Part shown: piece by piece, positions 28,041 through 39,208 of the stretch
Position numbering within the stretch: position 1 is the first letter of the stretch
Layout of the letters: every line of letters begins with the position of its first letter
DNA from: an uncultured Clostridia bacterium
Lineage (GTDB): Bacteria > Bacillota > Clostridia > Christensenellales > CAG-314
Assembly: GCA_947623225.1 (NCBI GenBank)
Contig: CANQGO010000007.1
Location: 230 to 64,229, forward strand
DNA length: 64,000 bases
Reading direction: 5' to 3'
The notes under the pieces: generated by a model
Database searches by the model: none
Seen by the model: the letters and a program-made list of their open reading frames with translations, nothing else
What the model was told of the DNA's origin: nothing
Position numbers and translations under genes: made by a program

Positions 28041-28649
28041 CTACGCCATACCGTTGTATGCCCTGTCCTCGTCCAGGTACGTGGCTTGCAGATCGGCTAT
28101 GTGCAGCAACAGTACGAGTTTGTACTTGGCAAGTGCCTCCGACAGGGAGAAGCTACCCCCTTTGACGCGCTCGTCGAAGCCGCCCATGTGCCAGTTGATA
28201 GCCATCGCCTCCTCCGGCGTCAGCTTGACGAACTGCGACACAATGAATACCGACTTCTCTCCGTGCCCGTACGGGAACTTCTCCTCCACCTTGAAGTAGG
28301 GCTTCTTGACCCACTCGGTACCCTCTTTGACATTGCGCATCTCCGTCACATAGTAGTTGACTTTGCATACGTCATGCATCAGTCCGCATATGGCCAGCGT
28401 TTCCTCGCCGAACTCTTCGCCGTAGTTTGCGCCGTACTCGTATTCCATCAGCCGCTTCAGCCGCTTGTATACGTTGATGGAGTGCTGACACAGTCCGCCG
28501 TACTCGGCAAGATGATAGCGTGCCGATGCCGGCGTGGTGAAAAAGTCGCTGTTGGTCAGATACTCCAGCAACTTGTCCGCACCGTCGCGATGGATATTTG
28601 CCTTGAATATACTTATGAATTCCTCTTTTGCACTATTGACGTCGATCAT
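28041..28649 (-). CDS. HD-domain hydrolase
   Basis: PASARYH..GGLCQHS, MHDVCK, GHGEKS, WHMG and AD motifs. Confidence 0.88.
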   Translation of the reverse strand: MIDVNSAKEEFISIFKANIHRDGADKLLEYLTNSDFFTTPASARYHLAEYGGLCQHSINVYKRLKRLMEYEYGANYGEEFGEETLAICGLMHDVCKVNYYVTEMRNVKEGTEWVKKPYFKVEEKFPYGHGEKSVFIVSQFVKLTPEEAMAINWHMGGFDERVKGGSFSLSEALAKYKLVLLLHIADLQATYLDEDRAYNGMA

Positions 28650-28662
28650 TGTATGTTCTCCT

Positions 28663-29130
28663 TTAGTTGTTTTTCAATTGTTCCAGCCACAAGGACTTAT
28701 CGAATCTCACATTGGCAGGACTGGTAGAGGGCAGCCGCACCAGCGGCAACGCTCCCGTGTATACGCTCGCAGTCAGTCGGTACGCGGTGCTGCCGTTGCA
28801 CAATATCTTACATATGGGGCACCGCGACAGCAATATGGACAGGTCCACCATGCGTACGTTGCGCAATTCGGCGTCCATAGAGCCTTCCGTGTCGCAACTG
28901 TCCACTATATCCCATAGCGCGACTCCGTGACTGAGGCACAGCCGCTTCTTGTCCTCTACGGCGACGGGCACTTGCTCGCCATACGCTTCTGCAAGCACCT
29001 GCCAGAATCTGTTTTGCTTGTTGCCGTAGTAAAACGCCTGCTCGCGAGACTTGACGCTCGGGAAGCTGCCCAATATGAGTATGCGGCTGTCCGCGTCGTA
29101 TACCGGCGCGAATCCGTTGTAGTGTCCCAT
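28663..29130 (-). CDS. DNA-deoxyinosine (hypoxanthine) glycosylase, UDG superfamily
   Basis: LILGSFPSVKS, YYGNKQNRFW, LWD and LPSTSPAN motifs. Confidence 0.9.
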   Translation of the reverse strand: MGHYNGFAPVYDADSRILILGSFPSVKSREQAFYYGNKQNRFWQVLAEAYGEQVPVAVEDKKRLCLSHGVALWDIVDSCDTEGSMDAELRNVRMVDLSILLSRCPICKILCNGSTAYRLTASVYTGALPLVRLPSTSPANVRFDKSLWLEQLKNN

Positions 29131-29165
29131 CCTATATACACCACCTTGTTGCTTACTGAATTATA

Positions 29166-30515
29166 CTACATTTTGCGCCCGATTGCAATATACCCGTAGC
29201 GTTTATTGTTGACGGCGAACATGACCAGACATAGCAGCAGGGCTACCAACTCCGCCACCGGAGTGGACAGCCATATACCGTCCAACCCCAGCCACAGCGG
29301 CAACACGAAAATGCACACCAGCTGAAACACCAGCGTGCGTCCAAAGGACACTATGGCAGATATCAGCCCGTTGCTCAACGCCGTGAAGAAGGACGAGCAA
29401 AACATGCAATATCCGCAAAACAGGTAGCAGATAGAGTATAGCCTCATTCCTCGCGCCGTCATCTGCAGCAACACTTCGCTGTAGCTCACGAATATCCGCG
29501 CTATGACGTCGGCAAGGGATATGGCAAATGCCGCCATTGCCACGCTCGTGACCGTGAGGATTATCATGGACTTTTTGAATACGTTCTGCAGTTGCGCTCG
29601 GTTTTGCGCGCCGTAGTTGTACCCCACTATCGGTGCCACGCCCAGACAGTAGCCTATGAATATGGCAACGAATACGAATTGTACGTACATTATCACGCCG
29701 TATGCCGCCACTCCGTCGTCCCCAACGGTACGCGTGAGTTGCCAATTGTAGATGATGGACACCAGCGACATGGCTATATTCCCCAGCAACTCGCTCGAGC
29801 CGTTGACGCACACCTTGCCTATCACGCGCAGGTTCAGACGAAATGGCACGAAGCGCAGCAGACTGCTGTTGGGACAAAAGAAGTATATGAGCGGCAATAT
29901 CCCGCCTACCGCTTGTGACATGGCTGTGCCTATCGCAGCCCCTGCCACCCCCATCTTGCACCCTATAATGAATACCGCGTCGAATACCATATTGGTCACT
30001 CCGCTCACCAGCGTGAACACAAATCCCAATCTGGGCTTTTCCGCCGTGATGAAGAAGCTCTGAAACAGATTCTGCAGCATGAAGAAGGGCAACGCCAATA
30101 TAAGTATCTGCGAATACACCACCGCGTCGTCCAGCACCGCCCCCGTCGCACCTATCATCGCGCCTATGGGCCGCAGCATAAAGAAAAATCCCGCGGCAAA
30201 GATCACGCCCAATACAAACGTGACCGTCACTATGAGAGTGAAGTACCTGTTCGCGCTCGGTCCGTCCTTCTCGCCCAGCGTCTTGGACACCACAGCCGTA
30301 CCGCCCGCGCCGAACATGAACCCCACCGCACCCAGTATCATGATGACGGGGAAAATATAGTTTATCGCCTTGAAGGGTATGTCTCCTGCGAAGTTGGACA
30401 CGAAGATGCCGTCCACTACCGAGTAGATGGACGTGAATATCATCATAAGTATCGGTCCGAGGCAGAAGCGAAGCAGTCTGCCGTATGTAAAGTTGTCCGA
30501 GAGTTGTATCTTCAT
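29166..30515 (-). CDS. MATE family efflux transporter
   Basis: 12 TM helices, YSVVDGIFV, GVAGAAIGT, GYNYGA. Confidence 0.93.
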   Translation of the reverse strand: MKIQLSDNFTYGRLLRFCLGPILMMIFTSIYSVVDGIFVSNFAGDIPFKAINYIFPVIMILGAVGFMFGAGGTAVVSKTLGEKDGPSANRYFTLIVTVTFVLGVIFAAGFFFMLRPIGAMIGATGAVLDDAVVYSQILILALPFFMLQNLFQSFFITAEKPRLGFVFTLVSGVTNMVFDAVFIIGCKMGVAGAAIGTAMSQAVGGILPLIYFFCPNSSLLRFVPFRLNLRVIGKVCVNGSSELLGNIAMSLVSIIYNWQLTRTVGDDGVAAYGVIMYVQFVFVAIFIGYCLGVAPIVGYNYGAQNRAQLQNVFKKSMIILTVTSVAMAAFAISLADVIARIFVSYSEVLLQMTARGMRLYSICYLFCGYCMFCSSFFTALSNGLISAIVSFGRTLVFQLVCIFVLPLWLGLDGIWLSTPVAELVALLLCLVMFAVNNKRYGYIAIGRKM

Positions 30516-30711
30516 ACTCACCAAAGCAGTTTTTCTTACGCGCCCGATAGTCCGCACTACGGGAGCCGACTTGTATCATATTATATCATTATTCGTTCAT
30601 TGTCAAACAAAGCAGCCCTCTGTAACACTTTTGCGCACCAAATCATATCCTACAACAGACTAAGATCTAGTCGAATACGAAAGCCGAGCATCTCGGCGAA
30701 TGGAGGTATAT

Positions 30712-30960
30712 ATGTTTAACGGTTTGTTCAACGAAGGCGGCTATGACGGCACCGGCGGCGGCTGCACAGGAGGCTGCGGAGGCGGAATGACTCTCGGCGG
30801 CTGCAACTGCACCTGGATATTGCTCATCATCCTGTTTTTGTGCTGCTGCGGCGGAAAGCTCAAAAATTTCAGCCTGAACGTCAATCCTTGCTGCCTTATC
30901 CTGCTGACGGCGTTGCTGTTCTGCACGGGCGGGATCTCCGTAGGTCACGGCTGCAAATAG
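30712..30960 (+). CDS. Small Gly/Cys-rich hydrophobic protein (clostridial high-cysteine, spore-coat-like)
   Basis: RBS GGAGG; GGCxCxWILLIILFLCCCGG motif; CATATCCT sporulation-type -10 upstream. Confidence 0.7.
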   Translation: MFNGLFNEGGYDGTGGGCTGGCGGGMTLGGCNCTWILLIILFLCCCGGKLKNFSLNVNPCCLILLTALLFCTGGISVGHGCK

Positions 30961-31052
30961 CGCGTCCTCTCGATACTCTCTTGTACATAGCCAATGACAA
31001 AAAGGGCTGCCCCGTACTCGGGCAGCCCTCCATATTGCGTCCTGCAGACGTT

Positions 31053-32033
31053 TTATTTTGTTTGCGGCAGGTCACCGTCCTGCTCCAACTCTATTTCCTT
31101 GTTGGCAAAGCCTTTGCCTATGACCTCTTTCACGTTTTCCACGTAGGCAAATGCGGTCGGGTCTACCTGGTTGATGACGCGGCGTGCCTTGACCAGCTGC
31201 GACTTGTATATAACGCACAGCAGCATCTCCTTCTCGCGGTGAGAGTATCCGCCTACCACCTTCACCTGCGTGATTCCGTGCTTCAGCTGCGCCGACAGGG
31301 CTTGCGCCATTTCTTCCGGCTTCTCGGTGGTGATCTCCAACTCTATTGCCGAAGAAAAGCCCTTGAATATGCTTTCTTGCACTATCTGGCACACAAACAG
31401 TGCCGCGATGGAGTATATGAACATATTCAGTGCCTCGCCGACGGTATGATTGACTATCCCGTACACGACGGACGCTACGGTTATGACTATGGCGTTTGCA
31501 AGCAGTATGAATCTGAGCGCGTCGCTGCTGCTTTTCTTGGAATACTTCTGCACTATCAGCCCGACTATATCGGTACCGCCCGTAGACGCGTTGACGGACA
31601 GGAGCAGAGGCAGCGATATGCCGTGCAGCGCGCCGCCCAGCACCACATACAGTACATTGTCGTAGTTGCCGGCTTCATCCGTCATCACGGACTTGACCAA
31701 CTCCGCCACGTTCAGCACGCGGAATACCACCAGTTCCGTCGCCAGCATGAGCAGATAGACGGTCGTCTTGAGCGCGAAGCGCGTACGGTATCTGCAAAAG
31801 CAGTATATGAGTATGGGTATATTCAGCGCGATGAGCCACAGACCGGCAGAGAAGTACCACTTAGACGCGGATAGCCCCGACAGCAGTATGTCGAGAATGG
31901 AAGATATACCCAGCACACCGCCTACGATGGCGTTTGACGGCAGCAAAAATACTTCCACCGCCACCGCAGTCGCGAGACTTGCGCAGAATATTATAAGGTA
32001 TTGTTTCAGATTATAGACGAATGTCCTTTTCAT
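31053..32033 (-). CDS. YitT family membrane protein
   Basis: GGVLGIS, NIPIL, STGGTDI, C-terminal DPTAFAYVENV (DUF2179-like). Confidence 0.9.
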   Translation of the reverse strand: MKRTFVYNLKQYLIIFCASLATAVAVEVFLLPSNAIVGGVLGISSILDILLSGLSASKWYFSAGLWLIALNIPILIYCFCRYRTRFALKTTVYLLMLATELVVFRVLNVAELVKSVMTDEAGNYDNVLYVVLGGALHGISLPLLLSVNASTGGTDIVGLIVQKYSKKSSSDALRFILLANAIVITVASVVYGIVNHTVGEALNMFIYSIAALFVCQIVQESIFKGFSSAIELEITTEKPEEMAQALSAQLKHGITQVKVVGGYSHREKEMLLCVIYKSQLVKARRVINQVDPTAFAYVENVKEVIGKGFANKEIELEQDGDLPQTK

Positions 32034-32956
32034 TTGGTTTTGTAACTCCTGTTGAAGGTCGGCCTGCTGAACACATCATACACGTCCTTGATGAATACGA
32101 ACGCATGCGGATCGCGCGCCTTGATGAGCTGCTTCAGATACTGACGCTGACGATATTGCACCACGACCATGACTATCTTGCGCTGCGGCTCCTCTGGATC
32201 CGTTTTTTCCACGTCCACGCAGCTGCACCCTCGCTTAAAATAGTCCGTTATGTCCTGTACGAGTTGCTCGTATTCGGTGGTGACTATCATGAACTTCTGC
32301 GGGTGGTTGAGTCCGCGCTTGAACATTCCCATGAATGTAGACCCCAGCACGACATACGCCAGCGAATAAAACACTATGGTCAGATTCTCATGCTCTATGA
32401 CTATGACTATCACGCTGCCCACTACGGCTATCAAAAAGTTGGATATCATGATCACCTTGGACAGGTCTATCTCCGGGTGGAATTTGTGCACTATACGCGC
32501 GATGACTTCCGTGCCGCCGTTGGAGCCGTTGTACTCGCTGGCAATATACATGGAAAAGCCTATGCACACCGCCGCGAATATCACCCCTATCGTACGCGAC
32601 TCGGTGAATTGCGGTATACGCATATACGGGAACACCGCCAGCGCACCCGTGCATACAAATGTGGCATATATCGTCTTGATGGTGTAGTCTCCGCGCAGAA
32701 ATACGACCGAACATATAAGCAGCGGAATATTGATGATAAAGTAAACCAATGACATGAGTTGATCGTAGCCTACGCTGTCCACGAACAACTTGAGTATATA
32801 CGTGAGCGCGGAGCTGAGTCCGCTGAAACCGCCGGCGATCAACTTGGTAGGGTTGAGAAATACGTACAACGTGACGGCATTGAGCACTCCTGCCACCGTC
32901 ATCCATACATACTCTTTCAGTTTGATAGCAAATGATCTTGCCGTCGGTCTTTTCAC
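32030..32956 (-). CDS. YitT family membrane protein (tandem paralog)
   Basis: GGFSGLS, NIPLL, SNGGTEV and DPHAFVFI motifs. Confidence 0.88.
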   Translation of the reverse strand: MKRPTARSFAIKLKEYVWMTVAGVLNAVTLYVFLNPTKLIAGGFSGLSSALTYILKLFVDSVGYDQLMSLVYFIINIPLLICSVVFLRGDYTIKTIYATFVCTGALAVFPYMRIPQFTESRTIGVIFAAVCIGFSMYIASEYNGSNGGTEVIARIVHKFHPEIDLSKVIMISNFLIAVVGSVIVIVIEHENLTIVFYSLAYVVLGSTFMGMFKRGLNHPQKFMIVTTEYEQLVQDITDYFKRGCSCVDVEKTDPEEPQRKIVMVVVQYRQRQYLKQLIKARDPHAFVFIKDVYDVFSRPTFNRSYKTK

Positions 32957-33077
32957 TACAGTATCCCCTTGCAACAAAAGAGATTTTGTACAATAGCATA
33001 ATACAAAATCTCTATGAATAAATATAACGCCAACGTAGATTTCTGTCAATTATTTGACGGAATTTGCGCAAAATTTG

Positions 33078-34928
33078 TCAGAACTTCGCCGTCAGTTTTT
33101 TCAATATGACGTAGCCGTTATGCTGCAGATCGCAACTGCCCGAGTACTTGCGCCCCGTGAGCACATCCTCGTAGGTATCGCCGAGATACAGTTTGTATAT
33201 GTCATGACCGCGATTGACGGCGACCATTACATGCTGATCCGCTTCCGTATCCACCCGTTCGAAGGCATACACTCCGCGTTCCGCCGCCAGTTGGTGAAAG
33301 TCTCCGTCGGCGAACACGGACAGTTTCCTGAGCTGACCGAGTCGGCGATAGAAGTCCAGCATTAGTTTGTTTTCCTCGCCCCACGGATAGCACGCCCGGC
33401 AAAACGGATCCTTGTATCCCTCTACAGCCACCTCGTCTCCATAGAACACGCACGGGAAGCCGAACATGGTATATTGCAGCACCGCCGCGATCTTCAGCAA
33501 CTTGCAACCCTCTTTGTATTGGTAGTCGTTGAGTTTAGTGCGCGCCATAGCCTCCTTCGGGGCGTTGTCCAGCCTGTTTCCCGCGAGATTGGTGAGTATA
33601 CGCGCCGTATCGTGCGTGCCCAATATATTCATCAGGTTGTTGCGCACGAATCTCGGATAGTTGTTGACGATATCGAATACGACATGCGACAGAGCCTGCT
33701 CGTTGCCGTCCCGTACAAAGGAGATTATGCCATTCATCAACGGATAGTTCATCACACTATCCAGCTGACTTCCGTCCAGATAGTGACGGCGTACGCCATA
33801 GTCCACCTTGTTGGAAGCGTCCTCCCACACCTCGCCGATGATGACGGCGTCGGGTTTTTCCTTCTTGGCGGCGGAGACTATCTTGTCCAGCATACAGTCG
33901 GCGACCTCGTCCACCACGTCCAGCCGCCAACCGGATGCACCCTCTCTAAGCCAGCGCGGCACTATACCGTTTTGGGAAGTGAAGAACCGCTGCGCGCCCT
34001 TGCTCTCCGCGTTGATACGAGGCAGACTGCGGAAGTTCCACCAGCACTCGTAGCTCCCGTCCGGATATATCCTGAACCAGTCGCGATAGGGCGAAGATGG
34101 GTCGTTGTATGCGCCGCCTTCGCCGTACTTTTTGCCCAGATTGAAGTATCTGGAACTGCTGCCGACGTGGTTGAATACGCCGTCCAGTATGATACGCATG
34201 CCCAGTTGCCCTGCTTTGTCGCACAGTTCGCGGAAGTCATCCGCCGTACCGAACATGGGATCTATCTGCTCATAGTCCTCAGTATCGTACTTGTGATTGG
34301 AGTATGCCTTGAATATGGGATTGAGATACAGCGTCGTGACGTTGAGAGACTTGAGATAGTCCAACTTGGCTATAACGCCTCTCAGATTGCCCCCGAAGAA
34401 GTCGCGGTTGCGCACCACTCCGTCCTCTTCTCTGTAGAAGGGCTGCTCTCCCCAGTGACGCATGACCTTGTCCTCGGTGGCGACAGTCTCGCCTGTAGCG
34501 CAGAACCTGTCCACCATGATCTGGTACATTACGCCCTTGTTCAGCCAGGTGGGCGTAGAATACTGCTTTTTGTACACGGACAGTTGGTAAGGTACGACGT
34601 CGCTGAAAAACATTTGCGCGCGTTGATCCGCGCCTATGCCTATATACCGCTCGTACCGTACTCCGTCCATAACGAAGTAGTACCAATACAGTCCTCTTTT
34701 CAGCTGTATGTCCGCCAGATAGTTGTCGTATCCGTCGCCGCTGACGTCTTTGTACATGACGTATTCGCTGCGAAATACTTTGTCGTCGCCATATACCACC
34801 AGCGTGACCTTCTCGGGGTTGACCAGCTGATGGATCTGGATCCTTATGCCGAAACGCACGCCTTCGTCTACCGCTCCGACGACGGACTTGTAGAATTCGT
34901 CTGTGGGATTATACTTGACGTAGTCCAT
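33078..34928 (-). CDS. GH13 neopullulanase/cyclomaltodextrinase-like glycosidase
   Basis: YQIMVDRF, LDGVFNH, GWRLDV, GEVW and GTHD motifs. Confidence 0.93.
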   Translation of the reverse strand: MDYVKYNPTDEFYKSVVGAVDEGVRFGIRIQIHQLVNPEKVTLVVYGDDKVFRSEYVMYKDVSGDGYDNYLADIQLKRGLYWYYFVMDGVRYERYIGIGADQRAQMFFSDVVPYQLSVYKKQYSTPTWLNKGVMYQIMVDRFCATGETVATEDKVMRHWGEQPFYREEDGVVRNRDFFGGNLRGVIAKLDYLKSLNVTTLYLNPIFKAYSNHKYDTEDYEQIDPMFGTADDFRELCDKAGQLGMRIILDGVFNHVGSSSRYFNLGKKYGEGGAYNDPSSPYRDWFRIYPDGSYECWWNFRSLPRINAESKGAQRFFTSQNGIVPRWLREGASGWRLDVVDEVADCMLDKIVSAAKKEKPDAVIIGEVWEDASNKVDYGVRRHYLDGSQLDSVMNYPLMNGIISFVRDGNEQALSHVVFDIVNNYPRFVRNNLMNILGTHDTARILTNLAGNRLDNAPKEAMARTKLNDYQYKEGCKLLKIAAVLQYTMFGFPCVFYGDEVAVEGYKDPFCRACYPWGEENKLMLDFYRRLGQLRKLSVFADGDFHQLAAERGVYAFERVDTEADQHVMVAVNRGHDIYKLYLGDTYEDVLTGRKYSGSCDLQHNGYVILKKLTAKF

Positions 34929-37345
34929 TACATTCTCCAGATACGCGTAGCGTACTCACGCACCGCTCTGTCTGCGGCGAAGCGTCCGCTCTCGGCGATA
35001 TTTTTGAGGGACATCCTGTTCCAGTGCCGCATGTCTTTGTATGCGGAGTCCATCTTATCATATACCGCCATATAGTCGGCAAAGTCGGCAAAGCACATAT
35101 ACGGATCCGCCACAGGGTAGTTACGCAGCAGATAGTTGCTTATGTTTTCGAATGTCTCTCCGGCAAAGCCGTTGTTCAACTCCTCTATGATGATACGCAG
35201 CTTGGGTATCTTGAAGTAGTAAGAGGTGCTGTTGTAGCCCGTCTCCCACAACTCCGCCACTTCCTGCGCGTTCATTCCGAATATGAATATATTTTCGTCG
35301 CCTACGCTGTCGTGTATCTCCACGTTGGCACCGTCCATCGTACCCAGCGTGATGGCTCCGTTGATCATGAACTTCATATTGCTGGTGCCGCTGGCTTCTT
35401 TGCCTGCCAACGAGATCTGCTCGGATATCTCCGCTGCGGGTATGAGGTCCTCCGCCATCGTCACGCTGTAGTTTTCCATGAATACGACATTGAGTTTTTG
35501 ACGGATCTTCGGCTTGGTCTCCAACTCCTTCTGTATGCAGCATATGAGCTTGATGACCTCTTTCGCCGCATAGTAGCTCGGTGCCGCCTTCGCTCCGAAG
35601 ATAAATGTCTGCGGAGTGACGTCCAGATCCGGGTTCTCCTTCAGGTCGTGATAGAGGGAGATGATCTTCAATACGTTGAGCAGCTGCCGCTTATACTCGT
35701 GCAACCTCTTTATCTGTACGTCGAATCGCGTATCGGGATCGATCCTGACTCCCAGCCGCTGCATGGCACGCTGGGCAAAACGTTGCTTGTTCGCAAGTTT
35801 GATCTGCGTCATACGCTCATGCACGCTTGCGTCGTCGAGGTATGCGTTGAGTTTGGTCAGCTGACTTGCGTCGGATACAAAGCCGTCGCCGATAAGATCC
35901 TTGAGCAACCCCGTGAGTCCGGGATTGGCTTGGCACAGCCATCTGCGATGAGCGATACCGTTGGTGACATTGGTGAACAACTGCGGTTCCAGTTCGTAAA
36001 AGTCACGGAACAGGTTCTTTTTCAATATCTCACTGTGCAGTTCGGACACGCCGTTGACGCTGTGCGAAGATATGATGGACAGGTTCGCCATACGTATCTG
36101 ACCGTATGCCATGATGGCGAGGTCGGATACCTTCTTGAAGTCCTGAGTCCTGTCGAAGAAGTCCTTGCACGCGCGTTCGTTGATCTCTACTATGATCTGG
36201 TATATGCGCGGCAGCAGTCTCTGGAATATATACTCCGGCCAGCACTCCAACGCCTCCGCCATGACGGTGTGATTGGTATAGGCTGTCACCGACTTGACCA
36301 TAGACCACGCCTTGTCCCAGTCCATATGATACTCGTCTATGAAGATACGCATGAGTTCCGGTCCGCACAGAGCCGGGTGCGTGTCGTTGATATGCACCGC
36401 CACAAGGTCGGTGAATTTGTCAAAGTTGCCGTACCGCTTGTAGTGGTCCGAGACTATATTCTGCATGGCGGCGGATACGAGGAAGTACTCCTGCTTGAGC
36501 CGCAGCGTCTTGCCTTCTTCGTGGTCGTCGTTGGGATACAGCACCTTTGTGATCATCTCCGCCTGAGACTGCTCCTCCAAGGCTCTCAGATATTCGCCCT
36601 GTCCGAATGTGCGGAAGTCGAATGGCTTATTCGTTCTCGCAGCCCATAGTCTCAGCACGCCCACAGCCGTCGCGTCATAGCCTTCCACCACCATATCGTA
36701 GGGGAATGCCTTGACTTCCTGACAGTTCACCTGCTGATACACGGGGCCCTGATCCGTCCATATTTCCTTGACCTCTCCGCCGAAACGCACTATCTGCGTC
36801 TTGTCGGCGCGTTCTTTCAGCCACACTTCGCCGCCGGGCAGCCAGTTCTCCGGCAGTTCCGTCTGCCAACCGTCCACTATTTTTTGTTGGAAGAATCCGT
36901 ACTCAAAGCGCAACGAGTGCCCCATGACGGGATAGTTCTCCTTGGCAAGACAGTCGAGATAGCACGCGGCGAGTCTGCCCAGACCGCCGTTGCCCAGACC
37001 TGCGTCCGGTTCGCAATCGTATATGTCGTTGATATCCACGTAGTAGTACTTCTTCAGGGTATCGGCGAACAGTTCTTCCATTTCCATATTGAAAAGGTTG
37101 TTTTTCAGACTGCGCCCCATCAGAAATTCCATCGACAGGTAGTGGACTCTCTTCCTGTCGCGAGCCTTGTGCTGTCTGTTGAAAGCGGTACGCTTCTCCA
37201 GTAGCATATCCCGCACTACGCTGGCTACGCACTTATACAGCTGCGCGTTGGTCAATTCGCTCGCGGAGATACCATACGCCTTGTTGGACGCGCTCTCTAT
37301 CATGTCTTTGATGCGCGCTTTTGTGAGTACATTTGTCGTCGTCAT
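34928..37345 (-). CDS. glgP: Glycogen/maltodextrin phosphorylase
   Basis: GLGNGGLGRLAAC, INDTHP, KRLHEYKRQ and EASGTSNMK motifs. Confidence 0.96.
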   Translation of the reverse strand: MTTTNVLTKARIKDMIESASNKAYGISASELTNAQLYKCVASVVRDMLLEKRTAFNRQHKARDRKRVHYLSMEFLMGRSLKNNLFNMEMEELFADTLKKYYYVDINDIYDCEPDAGLGNGGLGRLAACYLDCLAKENYPVMGHSLRFEYGFFQQKIVDGWQTELPENWLPGGEVWLKERADKTQIVRFGGEVKEIWTDQGPVYQQVNCQEVKAFPYDMVVEGYDATAVGVLRLWAARTNKPFDFRTFGQGEYLRALEEQSQAEMITKVLYPNDDHEEGKTLRLKQEYFLVSAAMQNIVSDHYKRYGNFDKFTDLVAVHINDTHPALCGPELMRIFIDEYHMDWDKAWSMVKSVTAYTNHTVMAEALECWPEYIFQRLLPRIYQIIVEINERACKDFFDRTQDFKKVSDLAIMAYGQIRMANLSIISSHSVNGVSELHSEILKKNLFRDFYELEPQLFTNVTNGIAHRRWLCQANPGLTGLLKDLIGDGFVSDASQLTKLNAYLDDASVHERMTQIKLANKQRFAQRAMQRLGVRIDPDTRFDVQIKRLHEYKRQLLNVLKIISLYHDLKENPDLDVTPQTFIFGAKAAPSYYAAKEVIKLICCIQKELETKPKIRQKLNVVFMENYSVTMAEDLIPAAEISEQISLAGKEASGTSNMKFMINGAITLGTMDGANVEIHDSVGDENIFIFGMNAQEVAELWETGYNSTSYYFKIPKLRIIIEELNNGFAGETFENISNYLLRNYPVADPYMCFADFADYMAVYDKMDSAYKDMRHWNRMSLKNIAESGRFAADRAVREYATRIWRM

Positions 37346-39207
37346 TTATTTTCTCCCTGTATTTTTTTACGTTTTGTCGAAGGTTTGTAATAGTACAGCA
37401 CGCTCGCCGCAGGCATCGTGAACTCTGCATATCCTTCATCATTGGTATGGATATCCGTCACCACGTCCACTCCTCTGCCGCCGAAGCGGGATTCGTCGCT
37501 GTCCAGTATGAGTTGATAGTCGCCCTTGTCCATATAGAAACCGTACTTGCGGTAGTCGTATATGCTGAAATTGATGATGACCAGCACCGTATTACCGCGA
37601 TTGTCCATTCTCTCGAATGCCAACACATTGTTTGCGCTGTCGTCGGCAAGCAGCCACTTGAATCCCGACCAGTCCGAGTCGTTCTGATACAACGGCTTAT
37701 ACTTTTTGTATATACCGTTCAGCGTCTGTACGAATAGTTTGTGGCTGTCGTGCTTTGGGTATGTCAGCAGCATCCAGTCCAGCTCCTTGCTCTCCGACCA
37801 CTCGTTCCATTGCGCCAATTCCACACCCATGAAGTTCAGTTTCTTGCCCGGGTGTGCATATTGGAAACCGAGCAACGCCTTCAGTTGAGCGAATTTGCTG
37901 TCGTAGTCGCCGAACATTTTGTTTATGAGGCTGCCCTTCAGGTGCACGACCTCGTCATGCGAGAGGGGCAATATGAAGTTTTCGGAATAGGCATAGCACA
38001 TGGAGAAGGTGAGTTGGTTGTGATGCTCCGCACGCCACAACGTGTCCGTTTTCATATAGGACAGCACGTCGTTCATCCAGCCCATATTCCACTTGTAGTT
38101 GAAGCCCAGACCGCCCACGTATGTGGGATGAGTCACTTTCGGGAAGGCTGTCGACTCTTCCGCCACAAACAGCGCGTACGGACACGCTTCGAATACCTTG
38201 CAGGAGAGTTTGCGCAGGAAGTCTATCGCTTCGAGGTTTTCCTTGCCGCCCCACTTGTTGGGACGCCATTCGCCGTCGCGCCTGTCATAGTCGAGATACA
38301 GCATGCTCGCCACGGCGTCTACTCTCAGCCCGTCGAAGTGGAATTCTTTCAGCCAATACAGCGCGTTGGACACCAGAAAGCTCTGCACTTCGTAGCGCGA
38401 ATAGTCGAATATCCTCGTGCCCCAGTTCTTGTGCTCCTTTTTGAACTCGTCGGCACTCTCGTAACAGCATGTGCCGTCGAACTCTATCAATCCGTGCGCG
38501 TCCTTGCAGAAATGCGCCGGCACCCAGTCGAGAATGACGCCTATGCCCGCCTTGTGAAATTTATTTATGAGGAATTTCAGATCGTCCGGCGTACCGTACC
38601 GACTCGTCGGCGAATAGAATCCCGTCGACTGATATCCCCAACTGCCGTCATACGGATGCTCCGACAATGGCATGAATTCCACGTACGTGTACCCCATCTT
38701 CTTGACGTAGGGCACCAGATACTTGGCAAGGTCGCGGTAAGTGTACATTCTTCCGTCGTAGTGACGCCGCCAACTGCCCGCATGTACCTCATAGATATTC
38801 ACGGGACTCTTGTAGATGTCCTTTTTCCTCTGTTTCTCTATCCATTGCTCGTCCGACCAGACGAAGGGTTCCTCCGGATCGTATATGATGCTCGCCGTCT
38901 TGGGACGCACTTCCGAGTACCGCGCGTACGGATCCGCTTTATAGAGTATGCCGCCGTACTGCGTCGTGATAGCATATTTATAGCAGTCCCCGTTGCGCGC
39001 TTCGACGGTTATCTGCCAGATACCGTCCTCGAGTACCATCTTGTCGTGCGCAAACAACCAATTGTTGAAGTCGCCCACTATGCAGACCTCTTTGGCGTTA
39101 GGTGCCCATACGGCGAAGTGATACTGTCCGTCCGCCACCTTGTGACAGCCCAGCAGTTCATACGCGTCGGTACTGTCGCCGTTGTAAAAATCCGTAAATC
39201 TGTTCAT
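37342..39207 (-). CDS. glgB: 1,4-alpha-glucan branching enzyme
   Basis: VWAPNA, IYEVHAGSW, SWGYQ, DGLRVDAV, AEEST and LSHDEVVH motifs. Confidence 0.97.
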   Translation of the reverse strand: MNRFTDFYNGDSTDAYELLGCHKVADGQYHFAVWAPNAKEVCIVGDFNNWLFAHDKMVLEDGIWQITVEARNGDCYKYAITTQYGGILYKADPYARYSEVRPKTASIIYDPEEPFVWSDEQWIEKQRKKDIYKSPVNIYEVHAGSWRRHYDGRMYTYRDLAKYLVPYVKKMGYTYVEFMPLSEHPYDGSWGYQSTGFYSPTSRYGTPDDLKFLINKFHKAGIGVILDWVPAHFCKDAHGLIEFDGTCCYESADEFKKEHKNWGTRIFDYSRYEVQSFLVSNALYWLKEFHFDGLRVDAVASMLYLDYDRRDGEWRPNKWGGKENLEAIDFLRKLSCKVFEACPYALFVAEESTAFPKVTHPTYVGGLGFNYKWNMGWMNDVLSYMKTDTLWRAEHHNQLTFSMCYAYSENFILPLSHDEVVHLKGSLINKMFGDYDSKFAQLKALLGFQYAHPGKKLNFMGVELAQWNEWSESKELDWMLLTYPKHDSHKLFVQTLNGIYKKYKPLYQNDSDWSGFKWLLADDSANNVLAFERMDNRGNTVLVIINFSIYDYRKYGFYMDKGDYQLILDSDESRFGGRGVDVVTDIHTNDEGYAEFTMPAASVLYYYKPSTKRKKIQGENK

Positions 39208-39208
39208 T

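Noticed and set aside
31053-32956. Tandem YitT paralogs as a novel system
   Set aside because: Multiple YitT copies are common in Bacillota, and nothing else in the sequence marks this pair as special.
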